Origin: Candidatus Eiseniibacteriota bacterium
GTDB lineage: Bacteria > Eisenbacteria > RBG-16-71-46 > CAVPCR01
Reading direction: 5' to 3'
Assembly: GCA_963702435.1 (NCBI GenBank)
Contig: CAVPCR010000005.1
Coordinates: 224,001 to 288,000, forward strand
Length of the DNA: 64,000 nt
The notes below the pieces were generated by a model. That model was given only the letters and a program-made list of their open reading frames with translations, had not been told where the DNA came from and ran no database searches. Shown piece after piece: positions 37,564 through 46,558 of the stretch (position 1 is the first letter of the stretch; each line of letters starts with the position of its first letter). The position numbers were made by a program, and so were the translations under genes.

Positions 37564-38724
37564 CTACCGCGGGCGACGCTGCACGGTGACGACGAGGCAG
37601 CCCTCGCTGGCGCCGCCAGTGGCCCGCGCCTCGACCGTGTTGCCGCCCGCGCGCAGGAGATCGGGCAGGATCTCGCGCTCGACATCGCGGGCGCCGCCGG
37701 CGAAGTCGGCCGCGGTCACCACCGAATGGCCGTTGACCATCACGTCGATGTCCGCGAGGGCCTCCCCCTCACCGCACACGATCTCGACCACGAGGAGGAG
37801 CGGGCGCCGCGGCAACTCGGCGAGAAGGAAGCTCCCGGTAGTGGTCTCCCCGCTCGCCGGGGCACGCAACGGCCCGAGAACGACGATCTCCGCGCCGGGC
37901 GGCGTGCGCCGGAAACACGCGAAGTCGGCGGCGAGGAAGCTCTGCGGCCGGCCGCGCTCGCCGGGGACGAGCGCGATGCGCAGCGGATTGGGCGTGACCG
38001 TGGCGAGATCGGTACCGTTCTTCACGACCGAGTACGCGCCGTGCGCGAGGCCGGTGAAGAGATAGCGACCATCATCGCCCGTCGTGGTTTCTCCGACGAC
38101 CCGCGGGCCCTTGCGGAGGGTGATCGAGATTCCGGAAAGCCCCTCCTCGCCGCGGTCGCGGCGGCCGTTCGGGGTGACATCGAGGAACACGACCCCGCCG
38201 AGCGCCGAGTGGGACGGACCCATGCCGCTCACGAGCACGGCGTCGAGCGCGAACGACTTGCCAGCGGGCGCGATGAAGGCGAGCGGGCGCCGCGCGCTCG
38301 TCTCGCCGGGGGTCAGCACGCCGTCCCCGCCGACGCGGTCACTGAAGTCGATGATGGCCGCCCCTTCCGGGGTGCGGTCGTCTGCGCGCGCGACGCGGGC
38401 CGAGTCCGGGCCGGCGCTCGTGATGATGAGGCGGAGCGGCGCGTAGAGAGGTCGGGTCCCCCCGTTCACGAGCATGGCCCGGCAGACGACCTCGCCGCGC
38501 GAGCGGTTCACGGTGAGGCCCGTGCCCTCGAGCACGACCCCGGCGCCGCCGACCGTCGTGGAGACGGTCACCCGGAAGCTCCCGGCCGCCGGATCGACCG
38601 TCGTGCCGGACGACTTCCCGGCCGGATCCAGTTGTCGCTCGCCGGGCGCGCAGGAGAGGAGCGCGGCAGCTCCGGCGACGGCGAGCGCCATGGCGCGAAC
38701 GATGTGGGCCCGACGGATCTTCAT
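37564..38724 (-). CDS. Lipoprotein with SdrD-B-like domain
   Basis: Lipobox LLSC; VFLDVTPNGRRDRGEEGLSG...TGDDGRYLFTGL. Confidence 0.7.
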   Translation of the reverse strand: MKIRRAHIVRAMALAVAGAAALLSCAPGERQLDPAGKSSGTTVDPAAGSFRVTVSTTVGGAGVVLEGTGLTVNRSRGEVVCRAMLVNGGTRPLYAPLRLIITSAGPDSARVARADDRTPEGAAIIDFSDRVGGDGVLTPGETSARRPLAFIAPAGKSFALDAVLVSGMGPSHSALGGVVFLDVTPNGRRDRGEEGLSGISITLRKGPRVVGETTTGDDGRYLFTGLAHGAYSVVKNGTDLATVTPNPLRIALVPGERGRPQSFLAADFACFRRTPPGAEIVVLGPLRAPASGETTTGSFLLAELPRRPLLLVVEIVCGEGEALADIDVMVNGHSVVTAADFAGGARDVEREILPDLLRAGGNTVEARATGGASEGCLVVTVQRRPR

Positions 38725-38749
38725 GGTTCGGGTCAAGGCGGAGCCCCGG

Positions 38750-39076
38750 CTAGGCCGGCCCGAGGTCCGCGAGCACGGCCTCGAGCTCGCTCTGCGTGTG
38801 CGTGTCGCCCTTGGCGGCGGCCAGGCGAATCCCGTCTTCCCATGTGCGGCGCGCATCCTCCTTGCGCTCGAGGCGCAGGAGCAGCATCCCATGATGGAAG
38901 TACGCGGCGAGGTACTCGGGATGCCGGCGGCCGAGCTCGGCGAACTGCTCGTCGGCCGCCGCGAGCTCGCCGCGCTTGGCGTACTCCATGGCGAGGCCAT
39001 AGCGCGGAAACGCGTCGTCGGGATGCGACTCGACGTACTTGATCATTCCCGGCAATCGATCGGGCGGTGAGCTCAC
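38750..39076 (-). CDS. Small tetratricopeptide-repeat protein
   Basis: PDDAFPRYGLAMEY, PEYLAAYFHHG; GGGAGG RBS before GTG. Confidence 0.8.
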   Translation of the reverse strand: MSSPPDRLPGMIKYVESHPDDAFPRYGLAMEYAKRGELAAADEQFAELGRRHPEYLAAYFHHGMLLLRLERKEDARRTWEDGIRLAAAKGDTHTQSELEAVLADLGPA

Positions 39077-39147
39077 GGCGGACGGTTCCCTCCCGGGCCA
39101 AGCGGCTGGTGAACGACCCTCCTCGCGGGCGGCGCGCAGCGCCGCCG

Positions 39148-39297
39148 GCGAGGAAGCATGAGGTTCTTCAGCAGCCTCCGATCTGGTGAAGCTGGCGGCC
39201 CGTTGAACTTCCCACGGCCGCCAAGGGTGCATTGCCATGCGGCCACGCGGATCCAACTCGGCCGACTCGAGAGGACGACTTTCACATATCCGGAGCC
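39148..39297. ncRNA. Candidate structured RNA (rod with internal bubble; 6S-like architecture possible)
   Basis: Intergenic with lower GC; apical stem TGGCGGCC/GGCCGCCA, small GCAT/ATGC hairpin, imperfect closing stem. Confidence 0.25.
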
Positions 39298-39383
39298 GCG
39301 CAACAAGCCGGGGAGGGGTGGCATGACGCCCTCGCGGCAAGAGCGGTCGCGCCACCGCAGGATACGGCGGAAGGCCCCGGGCG

Positions 39384-39710
39384 CTAGAGCGTGATGACCT
39401 TCTTCGCCCGGCCGAGCTCGCGCACGATCGCGTCCATGTCGGATACCGAACCCAGCGCGAGATCCAGGCCATAGTGAGCGACGCACGTCCCGCAGGGCAG
39501 GAGATCCACACCCGCTTCCTGCAACTGATGCAGCTCGCCGAGGACCGGCGAGCCAGCGGCGAGCAGCTTGACGCCGGAGTTGTAGAAGACGATCGCCGTG
39601 AGCCCATCCATCGCAACGCTCTTGCGCAGGAACGTACCCAGGATCTTGACGCCGAGCTCGCGGTCGCCCTCCCCCATCTGGTCGCTACGCATCACGACGA
39701 CTGTTCGCAT
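39384..39710 (-). CDS. DsrE-like sulfur/selenium relay protein (YedF C-terminal domain-like)
   Basis: MGEGDRELG, FYNSGVKL, CGTC, GSVSDM. Confidence 0.8.
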   Translation of the reverse strand: MRTVVVMRSDQMGEGDRELGVKILGTFLRKSVAMDGLTAIVFYNSGVKLLAAGSPVLGELHQLQEAGVDLLPCGTCVAHYGLDLALGSVSDMDAIVRELGRAKKVITL

Positions 39711-39891
39711 GTGGACCCCCGGGTATGCGAGATACGGTGAAGCGGCGGTCCTTACCCGTGCACCCGGGAAGGCTAGCACGCGAGAGCGGGCGATGGGCGG
39801 TGACATGCGGACCACCGGCGAGCGAACCGCCGGCGCCGTCCGGACAGAACCGCGCGGACAGCGGCGCGCCGATCTGCTACCGTCCCCCGCC

Positions 39892-40776
39892 ATGAATCCG
39901 GTGGTGGCGGAAGTCCTCGTGTCGGTGGGGACGTCGTTTGCGGTGATGGGCCTCGGCCTCGTCTTCCAGCGCCTGTGGCGGCGCGACATCGAGGCCATGA
40001 CAGATCTCTCGATGAAGCTCTTCGTGCCGTGCCTCGCCTTTGCGGCGATCTCCGGCATGGAGCTCGACGCCCACGACCTGGCGACCGTGGCCGGCGGCGG
40101 GGCGCTGGTGCAGCTCGCGATGCTCGGGATCTGTTTCGTCCTCTTTCGCCTCATGCGGATCGACCGCCGCGGGCTCTACCTGCCGATCGCCTTCATGAAC
40201 TCGGCGAACCTCCCCTTCCCCATCCTCGAGGCCAACTACGGCCGCGTCGGCCTGGGCTACGGTGTCCTCTATTACCTGTCGACGTCAACTCTCATCTACA
40301 CGGTCGGCATTGCCATCGTCTCGCGGTCGCTCGACCCGCGGAAGCTCCTCACGACCCCGGCCACGAGTGCGATCGTCATCGCGCTCGCGCTCAAGGCGAC
40401 CCATGTTGCAGTCCCCCCCTTCCTCTTCTCCGCGATCGACATGCTCGGTCAGGCCGGGATCCCGCTCATGCTCTTCATCTTCGGCTACAGCCTCGGCGAG
40501 ATGCGGCTCCGCGATCTCCGTCTCGCCGTCCTCGGCTCGGCCATGCGCCTCGGCCTCGGCTTCGCGCTCGGGCTCGGCGCGGTCCGCCTGCTCGGGGTCA
40601 CGGGGTTGGCGCGCGACGTGGTGATCCTCGTCTCGACCATGCCGTCCGCCGTCGTCAACGTGGTCATCGCGCGCCAGTACAAGGCCGACCCCGATCTGGT
40701 CGCCTCGGTCGTGTTCCTGACCTCGCTCGCCGCCGTCGTGATCCTGCCGATTCTCCTGATCGCGCTCCGCACATGA
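39892..40776 (+). CDS. AEC (auxin efflux carrier) family transporter
   Basis: About 10 TM helices; FMNSANLPFP, IPLMLF, TMPSAV. Confidence 0.85.
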   Translation: MNPVVAEVLVSVGTSFAVMGLGLVFQRLWRRDIEAMTDLSMKLFVPCLAFAAISGMELDAHDLATVAGGGALVQLAMLGICFVLFRLMRIDRRGLYLPIAFMNSANLPFPILEANYGRVGLGYGVLYYLSTSTLIYTVGIAIVSRSLDPRKLLTTPATSAIVIALALKATHVAVPPFLFSAIDMLGQAGIPLMLFIFGYSLGEMRLRDLRLAVLGSAMRLGLGFALGLGAVRLLGVTGLARDVVILVSTMPSAVVNVVIARQYKADPDLVASVVFLTSLAAVVILPILLIALRT

Positions 40777-41474
40777 CGCCGGCCGACAGGAAGCAAGATC
40801 CGCCGGTTCCCGGCTACGGCCTCCGCCCCGGCGATCCGCGCGGCGACGATCCCTACGCGCGGCACATCGAGCGCGTGCGCCTGTGCCAGCTCTGCCCGCG
40901 TGTCCTCGGCCCGCCGGTCGTCGGTCCGGCGCCCGGGGCGCGCATCATGTTGATCGGCCAGGCGCCGGGTCCGCGCGAACGCTATGCCGGATATCCCTTC
41001 GCCTGGACCGCGGGGAAGATGCTCTTCTCGTGGTTCGCGCGCGCGGGCGTCGATGAGGCGACCTTCCGCGCGCGCGTGCACATGGCGGCCGTCGCCCGCT
41101 GCTTTCCGGGGCGCGCCGGCGGCGGCGACCGGGTGCCGGACCCGGAGGAGATCCGGAACTGCTTCCCGTTCGTCGAGCGCGAGGTCGAGATCCTCGCCCC
41201 GGGGCTCGTCCTCCCGGTCGGCCGGCTCGCGATCGACCGCTTCCTCGCCGCGACGACGCTCGACCAGGTGATCGGCCAACGGTTCGACGGGCGCGTCGGC
41301 GCGCATCCGGTCTCGGTGATCCCGCTCCCGCATCCCTCCGGCCGCTCGACCTGGATCCACCGGCCCGGGAACCGCGCCCGCCTCGACCGGGCGCTGGCGC
41401 TCGCCGCCGCGCACCCGGCATGGCGCGCGACCTTTGCCGGCCCGCCACGGGTGCAACCGCAGGTGCGGCCTTGA
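40773..41474 (+). CDS. Uracil-DNA glycosylase superfamily protein
   Basis: CQLC, IGQAPG, RCFPG, LPHPSG. Confidence 0.85.
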   Translation: MTPADRKQDPPVPGYGLRPGDPRGDDPYARHIERVRLCQLCPRVLGPPVVGPAPGARIMLIGQAPGPRERYAGYPFAWTAGKMLFSWFARAGVDEATFRARVHMAAVARCFPGRAGGGDRVPDPEEIRNCFPFVEREVEILAPGLVLPVGRLAIDRFLAATTLDQVIGQRFDGRVGAHPVSVIPLPHPSGRSTWIHRPGNRARLDRALALAAAHPAWRATFAGPPRVQPQVRP

Positions 41475-42208
41475 GCGCGCAGATCCCACCCGCCACGCCG
41501 GAACCGCGCTTCGTCCCCTACCGGCCGCTCCGGATGCCGCCGGATGAAATGCTGCGACGCGCCGCTGATTTCCACGCCGAGCTGGCCGGCCGCCGTAGCG
41601 TGCGCCACTTCGCGCCCGATCCGGTGCCGCGCGCCCTGATCGAGCTCGCGATCCTGACCGCTGGCACTGCGCCGTCCGGTGCGCACCGCCAGCCGTGGCG
41701 CTTCGTCGCCGTCGACGATCCGGCCGTGAAGCGCGCGATCCGGGGCGCCGCGGAGGAGGAGGAGAAGCGCTCGTACGAGGAGCGCATGACCGCGGAGTGG
41801 CGCGCCGCCCTGGCTCCGCTCGGCACGACCTGGGAGAAGCCCTTCCTCGAGATCGCGCCGTGGCTCGTGGTCGTATTCGAGGAGACGCACGGGATCGGAC
41901 CCGACGGCGGCGCCATCCGGAACTACTATGTCAGGGAGAGCGTCGGCATCGCCTGCGGGCTCTTCATCGCCGCCATTCATCACATGGGGCTCGCCACGCT
42001 CACGCACACGCCGAGCCCGATGGGCTTTCTCGGGCGCCTCCTCGGCCGGCCGGCGCACGAACGTCCGTACATCCTCTTCCCGATCGGCTATCCGGCGGCC
42101 GGCGCCGCAGTGCCGGATCTCGTGCGGAAGCCGCTCGCCGAGATCGCGGAGTGGAATCCGGCGCCGGCGCGGCCCGCACCCCGCCGGCGCCAGCATCCGC
42201 AGCCATGA
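41471..42208 (+). CDS. Nitroreductase family, iodotyrosine deiodinase (IYD)-like
   Basis: RRSVRHF, GTAPSGAHRQPW, EEEKRSY..RM..EW, KPFLE, YYVRESVGIACG, LTHTPSPM; TTGA-coupled start. Confidence 0.85.
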   Translation: MSAQIPPATPEPRFVPYRPLRMPPDEMLRRAADFHAELAGRRSVRHFAPDPVPRALIELAILTAGTAPSGAHRQPWRFVAVDDPAVKRAIRGAAEEEEKRSYEERMTAEWRAALAPLGTTWEKPFLEIAPWLVVVFEETHGIGPDGGAIRNYYVRESVGIACGLFIAAIHHMGLATLTHTPSPMGFLGRLLGRPAHERPYILFPIGYPAAGAAVPDLVRKPLAEIAEWNPAPARPAPRRRQHPQP

Positions 42209-43239
42209 CTTGTCCCCGCATTCTCATCGCCAACTTCCGCTGGTTCGGCGGATTCGGCGCGGCGCTCAGCGCCGCCCTCCGTGCCGAAGGGGCGCTGGTC
42301 GACGATCACATCTGCCGGAACTACGAAGGGCTCCAGCTCCGGCGCCTCATCGAGAACGCGGCCCGCCGCGGCTGGCCGGGAGTGAGCTCCTTCCTCCGCG
42401 CACAGCTCGCGCGCGACTTCGCGGCACGGCAGCGCGCGCTCGTCCGCCGCGCCCGCGCCTCGCGGCCGGACATCCTTCTCGTCGTCGACGAGGATCAGGT
42501 GACGGCGGAGACGCTCGATCGCGTGCACGCGGCGAGCGGCGCGATGCGCGCCCTGTGGATCGCCGACGATCCGTGGTCGAAGGAGCACCTGCCGGCGGCC
42601 CTTGCCGCGTACGACCTGCTCTTCGTGTTCGATCGTCACTATCTCGACGCGATCCGCGCCGCCACCCGCGCCGAGGTCCACTATCTGCCGCTCGCGGGCG
42701 ACGACACCGTCTTCCACCCGCCGTCGCATCCGCTCCCGCAGAGCGAGCGCTTCGGCGCGGTGCACATCGGCTCGCGCTATCCCGAGCGCGAGCGGCTCCT
42801 CGCCGTCGCCGCCGCCGCCCTCCCCGATCTCGAGATCCACGGCTGGGCGCCCCGCGATCTTCCCGTTTCACTCGCCCCGGCCGTCCGCGGCGGGCGCATC
42901 TCGCGCCGGCACGCCGGCGCGATCTACGGGCGGGCGTGGGTCGTGCTCTCCCTCCATCACCAGCAGGTGCGGCGGGCGCCGACCCGGGTCTTCGACCCCG
43001 CCCTCGCCGGCGCCTTCCAGATCACCGAGGCGCACCCCGACCTCGCCGAGCTCCTCGTCCCCGACCGGGAGATCGTGACCTTCGCGAGCGACGACGAGCT
43101 CCGCGCTAAGCTCGCGCACTACCGCGAGCAACCGGCGGAGCGGGAGCGCATCGCGGCCGCCGGATGCGCCCGCGTCCGCGCCGAGCACACCTTTCGCCAT
43201 CGCGCGCGCACGATCCTCGACCGGGCAGGGGGCCGATGA
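42205..43239 (+). CDS. CgeB-like glycosyltransferase
   Basis: WIADDP, YLPLA, HIGSRYPER, TRVFD, ERERIAAAG...EHTFRHR. Confidence 0.78.
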   Translation: MTCPRILIANFRWFGGFGAALSAALRAEGALVDDHICRNYEGLQLRRLIENAARRGWPGVSSFLRAQLARDFAARQRALVRRARASRPDILLVVDEDQVTAETLDRVHAASGAMRALWIADDPWSKEHLPAALAAYDLLFVFDRHYLDAIRAATRAEVHYLPLAGDDTVFHPPSHPLPQSERFGAVHIGSRYPERERLLAVAAAALPDLEIHGWAPRDLPVSLAPAVRGGRISRRHAGAIYGRAWVVLSLHHQQVRRAPTRVFDPALAGAFQITEAHPDLAELLVPDREIVTFASDDELRAKLAHYREQPAERERIAAAGCARVRAEHTFRHRARTILDRAGGR

Positions 43240-44102
43240 ACCTCCGCCGCGGCCTCGTCTACATGGTGCTCGCCGCGTTCTTCTTCTCGCTGATGGCCGC
43301 GCTCGTCAAGCTCGCCTGCCGCCGCCTGCCGCCGATGGAGGTGGTCCTCGCGCGGAGCCTCCTCTCGGCCGCGCTCTCGCTCATCCTGGCGATCCGCGCC
43401 GGCGCCCCGCTTCTCGGCCGGCGGCGCGGACTCCTCGTCGCCCGCGGCCTCGTCGGCTCGACCGCGCTCGCCCTCTACTTCTACGCGCTCGCGCACATGC
43501 GGCTCGCCGACGCAGTGACGCTCCAGTACACCAATCCGATCCTGCTCGCGCTCTTCGCGCCCGTCTTCCTCAAGGAGCCGACCGGACGGCGGATCTGGCT
43601 CGCCGTCGCGATCGCCTTCGCCGGCATGCTCCTCATCGTCAAGCCGGGCGGCGCGATGAGCCTCTGGCCCGGCCTCGCCGCGGCGGGGAGCGCCATCGGC
43701 GCCGCCGCCGCCTACGCGCTCGTGCGCGTGCTCTCGGCGACCGAGCACCCGCTCACGATCGTGGTCTACTTCCCGTTCATCTCGGCCCTCGTCGCGCTGC
43801 CCTTCGTGCTCGCCGATTTCGTGCGGCCGGAGGGCTGGGAGTGGGCGGCGCTCGCCGGCGTCGCGGTGACGACGACCATCGCGCAGGTGTGCCTGACCTG
43901 GGGACTCAAGCTCGAGGCGGCGGCGCGCGCGACGAGCGTGTCGTACTGGGCGATCCTCTTCGGGGCGCTTCTCGGCTGGGCAGGGTTCGGCGAGACGCCG
44001 GACGCGTTCGCCATCCTCGGCGGAGCGCTCATCGTCGCCGCCACCGCGCTCATCGCCCGCGCGAGCGGTGGCGGGCGACAGGACACCGCAGCTCAGCGAT
44101 AG
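43236..44102 (+). CDS. DMT/EamA family transporter
   Basis: Two EamA repeats, about 10 TM helices, LKEP and FGETP motifs. Confidence 0.88.
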   Translation: MNLRRGLVYMVLAAFFFSLMAALVKLACRRLPPMEVVLARSLLSAALSLILAIRAGAPLLGRRRGLLVARGLVGSTALALYFYALAHMRLADAVTLQYTNPILLALFAPVFLKEPTGRRIWLAVAIAFAGMLLIVKPGGAMSLWPGLAAAGSAIGAAAAYALVRVLSATEHPLTIVVYFPFISALVALPFVLADFVRPEGWEWAALAGVAVTTTIAQVCLTWGLKLEAAARATSVSYWAILFGALLGWAGFGETPDAFAILGGALIVAATALIARASGGGRQDTAAQR

Positions 44103-44596
44103 AGCTCGACCCGCGCCACGGCGATGTCGGCCGTGAACTCGCGCTTCGCGGCGACGATCCCGAGACGCTCGAGGCCGCGAGGAGCGAGCGGGATGGCGAG
44201 GCCTTGCGGCGTGAACGCGGCGAACGGCACGTCCACGGTCTGCCATCCGGCGGACACCGCGAGCGGGGCGCGGTAGTGCTGCCAGGGGAGCCCGGTGTCA
44301 CGCGTGCGCAGATGGAGGAAGTAGCTGTCTCCGAGCGCGCGGGCGACGATGCGGATGCCCGTGCAGGCGCTCGCGTCGAGAAACCCATGCGGCGCCAGTT
44401 CCGTCGCCGCCTGGATGAAGCCGCCGCGATTGGCGAGCGACACCTGGCCGCGGAGGCGGAGGCAGCGCCGGCCGTCGAGCGTCTCCCACGTCATCGCCGC
44501 GCTCGATACGCCGCCCATCACGCGATCGGTGAAGCAGCGCCACTCGGTGCCGAGCGCCGTGCGCCCGTCGTCGAGCGTGAAGTCGTCGATCAGCAT
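44093..44596 (-). CDS. CIA30 family protein
   Basis: W..FTDRVMGGVS, GQVSLANRGGFIQ. Confidence 0.88.
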   Translation of the reverse strand: MLIDDFTLDDGRTALGTEWRCFTDRVMGGVSSAAMTWETLDGRRCLRLRGQVSLANRGGFIQAATELAPHGFLDASACTGIRIVARALGDSYFLHLRTRDTGLPWQHYRAPLAVSAGWQTVDVPFAAFTPQGLAIPLAPRGLERLGIVAAKREFTADIAVARVELYR

Positions 44597-45517
44597 TCAG
44601 TGACCCGCGCCGCCGGTCGATCCGGCCGGGCCGACGGTGAAGGCATCGGAGAACACGACGCCGCCGGCCGCCGCGCCGAGCGCGTTCACCCGCACTTCGA
44701 TTCGCTCGCCGGCGCCGAGCGCCTCCGGATCGACGAGGATCGTCACCGTGCCCGAGGGATCGAACGCCGAGCCGGCGATCCGCCGCCTGAGCTCGCCGCC
44801 GCCGGCGCGGCGGAGCACGAGCTCGTACTGCGTGTCGGCACGGGGCGGCACCGGCAGCTTGATGAAGAGCGCGAGCGGCGTGCCGCCGGCCAGGGTGACC
44901 GCCGGTGCCGGCGCGACCGCTTCGTGGTGGCCGAGGAGACGGAGCGGGGTCGCCACCGTGAGGTGCGGGGATTCGCGGTCGGCCAGCCAGCGGGGCACGA
45001 AGAAACCGATGATGGCAGCGGCGAGGACGAGCGCGGAGATCACCGGCCACGCGCTCCGGCCGAGGACCGCGGAGAGGAAGGTGGAGCGGCCCCGCCCGGT
45101 TGCCGGCGGGTCCTCGCGCACGGTCACGCCGCGCCGGAAGCGGAGGAAGGGGGCGAGCGGAATCGGCCGGCGGACCGTCACGCGGGGCTCCGGGCGCGGC
45201 CGCGCGGCGCGCTCCGCCGCCTCGCCGCAGCGCGGGCAACGCGCGATGTGCTCGGAGACGCGGCGGACGAGATCGGCACCCACGAGCTCCGGCGCGGCGA
45301 CGAAGGCGGCGAGGATCCCGCTCGGGATGTGCCGGCCGACCGGACCGGGCGCGGGCTCGGTCGAGTCCATCGCGGCGAGCTCCGCCTGGATCTCGGTGCG
45401 CCGCGTTGCGCACAGCGGACAGGCCGCGAGATGCTGGAGCACCGCTTCGCGGACCGCGGCCGGCAGCAAGCCCCGCTCGAGCCCGATCACGGACGCCGGT
45501 TTGGCGTGCACATCCAC
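44597..45517 (-). CDS. Putative membrane anti-sigma-like protein with two zf-HC2 motifs
   Basis: HLAACPLC and HIARCPRC, single TM helix, extracytoplasmic beta domain. Confidence 0.55.
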   Translation of the reverse strand: MDVHAKPASVIGLERGLLPAAVREAVLQHLAACPLCATRRTEIQAELAAMDSTEPAPGPVGRHIPSGILAAFVAAPELVGADLVRRVSEHIARCPRCGEAAERAARPRPEPRVTVRRPIPLAPFLRFRRGVTVREDPPATGRGRSTFLSAVLGRSAWPVISALVLAAAIIGFFVPRWLADRESPHLTVATPLRLLGHHEAVAPAPAVTLAGGTPLALFIKLPVPPRADTQYELVLRRAGGGELRRRIAGSAFDPSGTVTILVDPEALGAGERIEVRVNALGAAAGGVVFSDAFTVGPAGSTGGAGH

Positions 45518-45586
45518 GCGCCGTTACCTCCGTGGAGACGATCCCGCGAGCACTCTACCACGCACGGCCGGCCGGAACAGCACGCC

Positions 45587-46558
45587 CTACATCTCGCTCG
45601 TGATGACGACACGGAGCGGCTGGCGCGCGACGCGCACGCGTGCGGCGCGAAGGGGCTCACCCGCGGGCGCGACGGGGACGAACGCCGCGCCGTGGCCGGC
45701 GGGCGCGGGCGCCACGCACTCGCCCGTGCGGAGCGTCCACGCGAGCGCGGCGCGGCTCGCGGTGTAGGCAGCGAGGACCCGCCCCGCGCGATCCTCGACG
45801 GTGGTCGCGATCGCTTCGCCGGCGCCCTCGAGATCGCTCGCGGCGAGGAACGCCGCACCGAGGTCGAGCTCGTCCCGGTGGATCACCCGGCTCAGGACCG
45901 GGCTCACGCCGAGCGCGGACAGGGCGCGGATGTGCGCGATCGTGCCGATGCCACCCGCTGCTTGCACGGGATGGCGGGTGCGGGCGGAGAAGCGCGCGAT
46001 CGCCTCGAGGTCGGGGCCGGCGGCGCTTCCCTCACGCTCGATCGCCGTCAGCACGAACTCCGAGCAGTATGGCTCGAGCTCCGCGAGCACGCCCTCGGCA
46101 CCGAGCTCCGTCGCGCGCGTCCAGGCGCCGGTCGTGATGAAGCCCGCCCGCGTATCGAGCGCGAAGACGACCGCAGTCGCTGGCACGCGGGAGCTGAGCG
46201 CCTCGAGGAAGGATCGATCGATCGCGCCGGCGGTGAAAGGGGCGCTCCCGAGGATCACCTTCCGCGCGCCGTAGCGGAGACGGCGGAGCGCCTCCTCCGG
46301 CGTGCGCACTCCACCCCCCACGTAGCACTCGTGGCGGCCACAAAGCTCCCGGATCAACGCGTCGTTCGTGCCGCCGGCTCGGGTGGCATCGAGCGCGGCA
46401 TCGAGATCGATGACGTTGAGGACGCCGTGCCGGGCGTACAACGCAGCGCGGGCTCGGGGATCGAGGTGCGCGAGCGGGCGGAGCTCGCCGGCCGCGAGCT
46501 CGGCGAGCGCACCGCCAAGGAGATCGATGGACGGATGAAGGATCGGCAGCTCGCTCAC
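45587..46558 (-). CDS. HisA-like TIM-barrel isomerase with degenerate HisI-like C-terminal extension
   Basis: PSIDL, VIDLDAA, GGGVRT, ALD, TAIEREG, AAGGI; tail TTVEDRAGRVL...ALAWTLRTGE. Confidence 0.7.
   Translation of the reverse strand: MSELPILHPSIDLLGGALAELAAGELRPLAHLDPRARAALYARHGVLNVIDLDAALDATRAGGTNDALIRELCGRHECYVGGGVRTPEEALRRLRYGARKVILGSAPFTAGAIDRSFLEALSSRVPATAVVFALDTRAGFITTGAWTRATELGAEGVLAELEPYCSEFVLTAIEREGSAAGPDLEAIARFSARTRHPVQAAGGIGTIAHIRALSALGVSPVLSRVIHRDELDLGAAFLAASDLEGAGEAIATTVEDRAGRVLAAYTASRAALAWTLRTGECVAPAPAGHGAAFVPVAPAGEPLRAARVRVARQPLRVVITSEM

Noticed and set aside
39148..39215. tRNA-Sec next to the yedF-like gene
   Set aside because: GGAAG...CTTCC ends are present, but there is no UCA anticodon arm or TTCGA T-loop.
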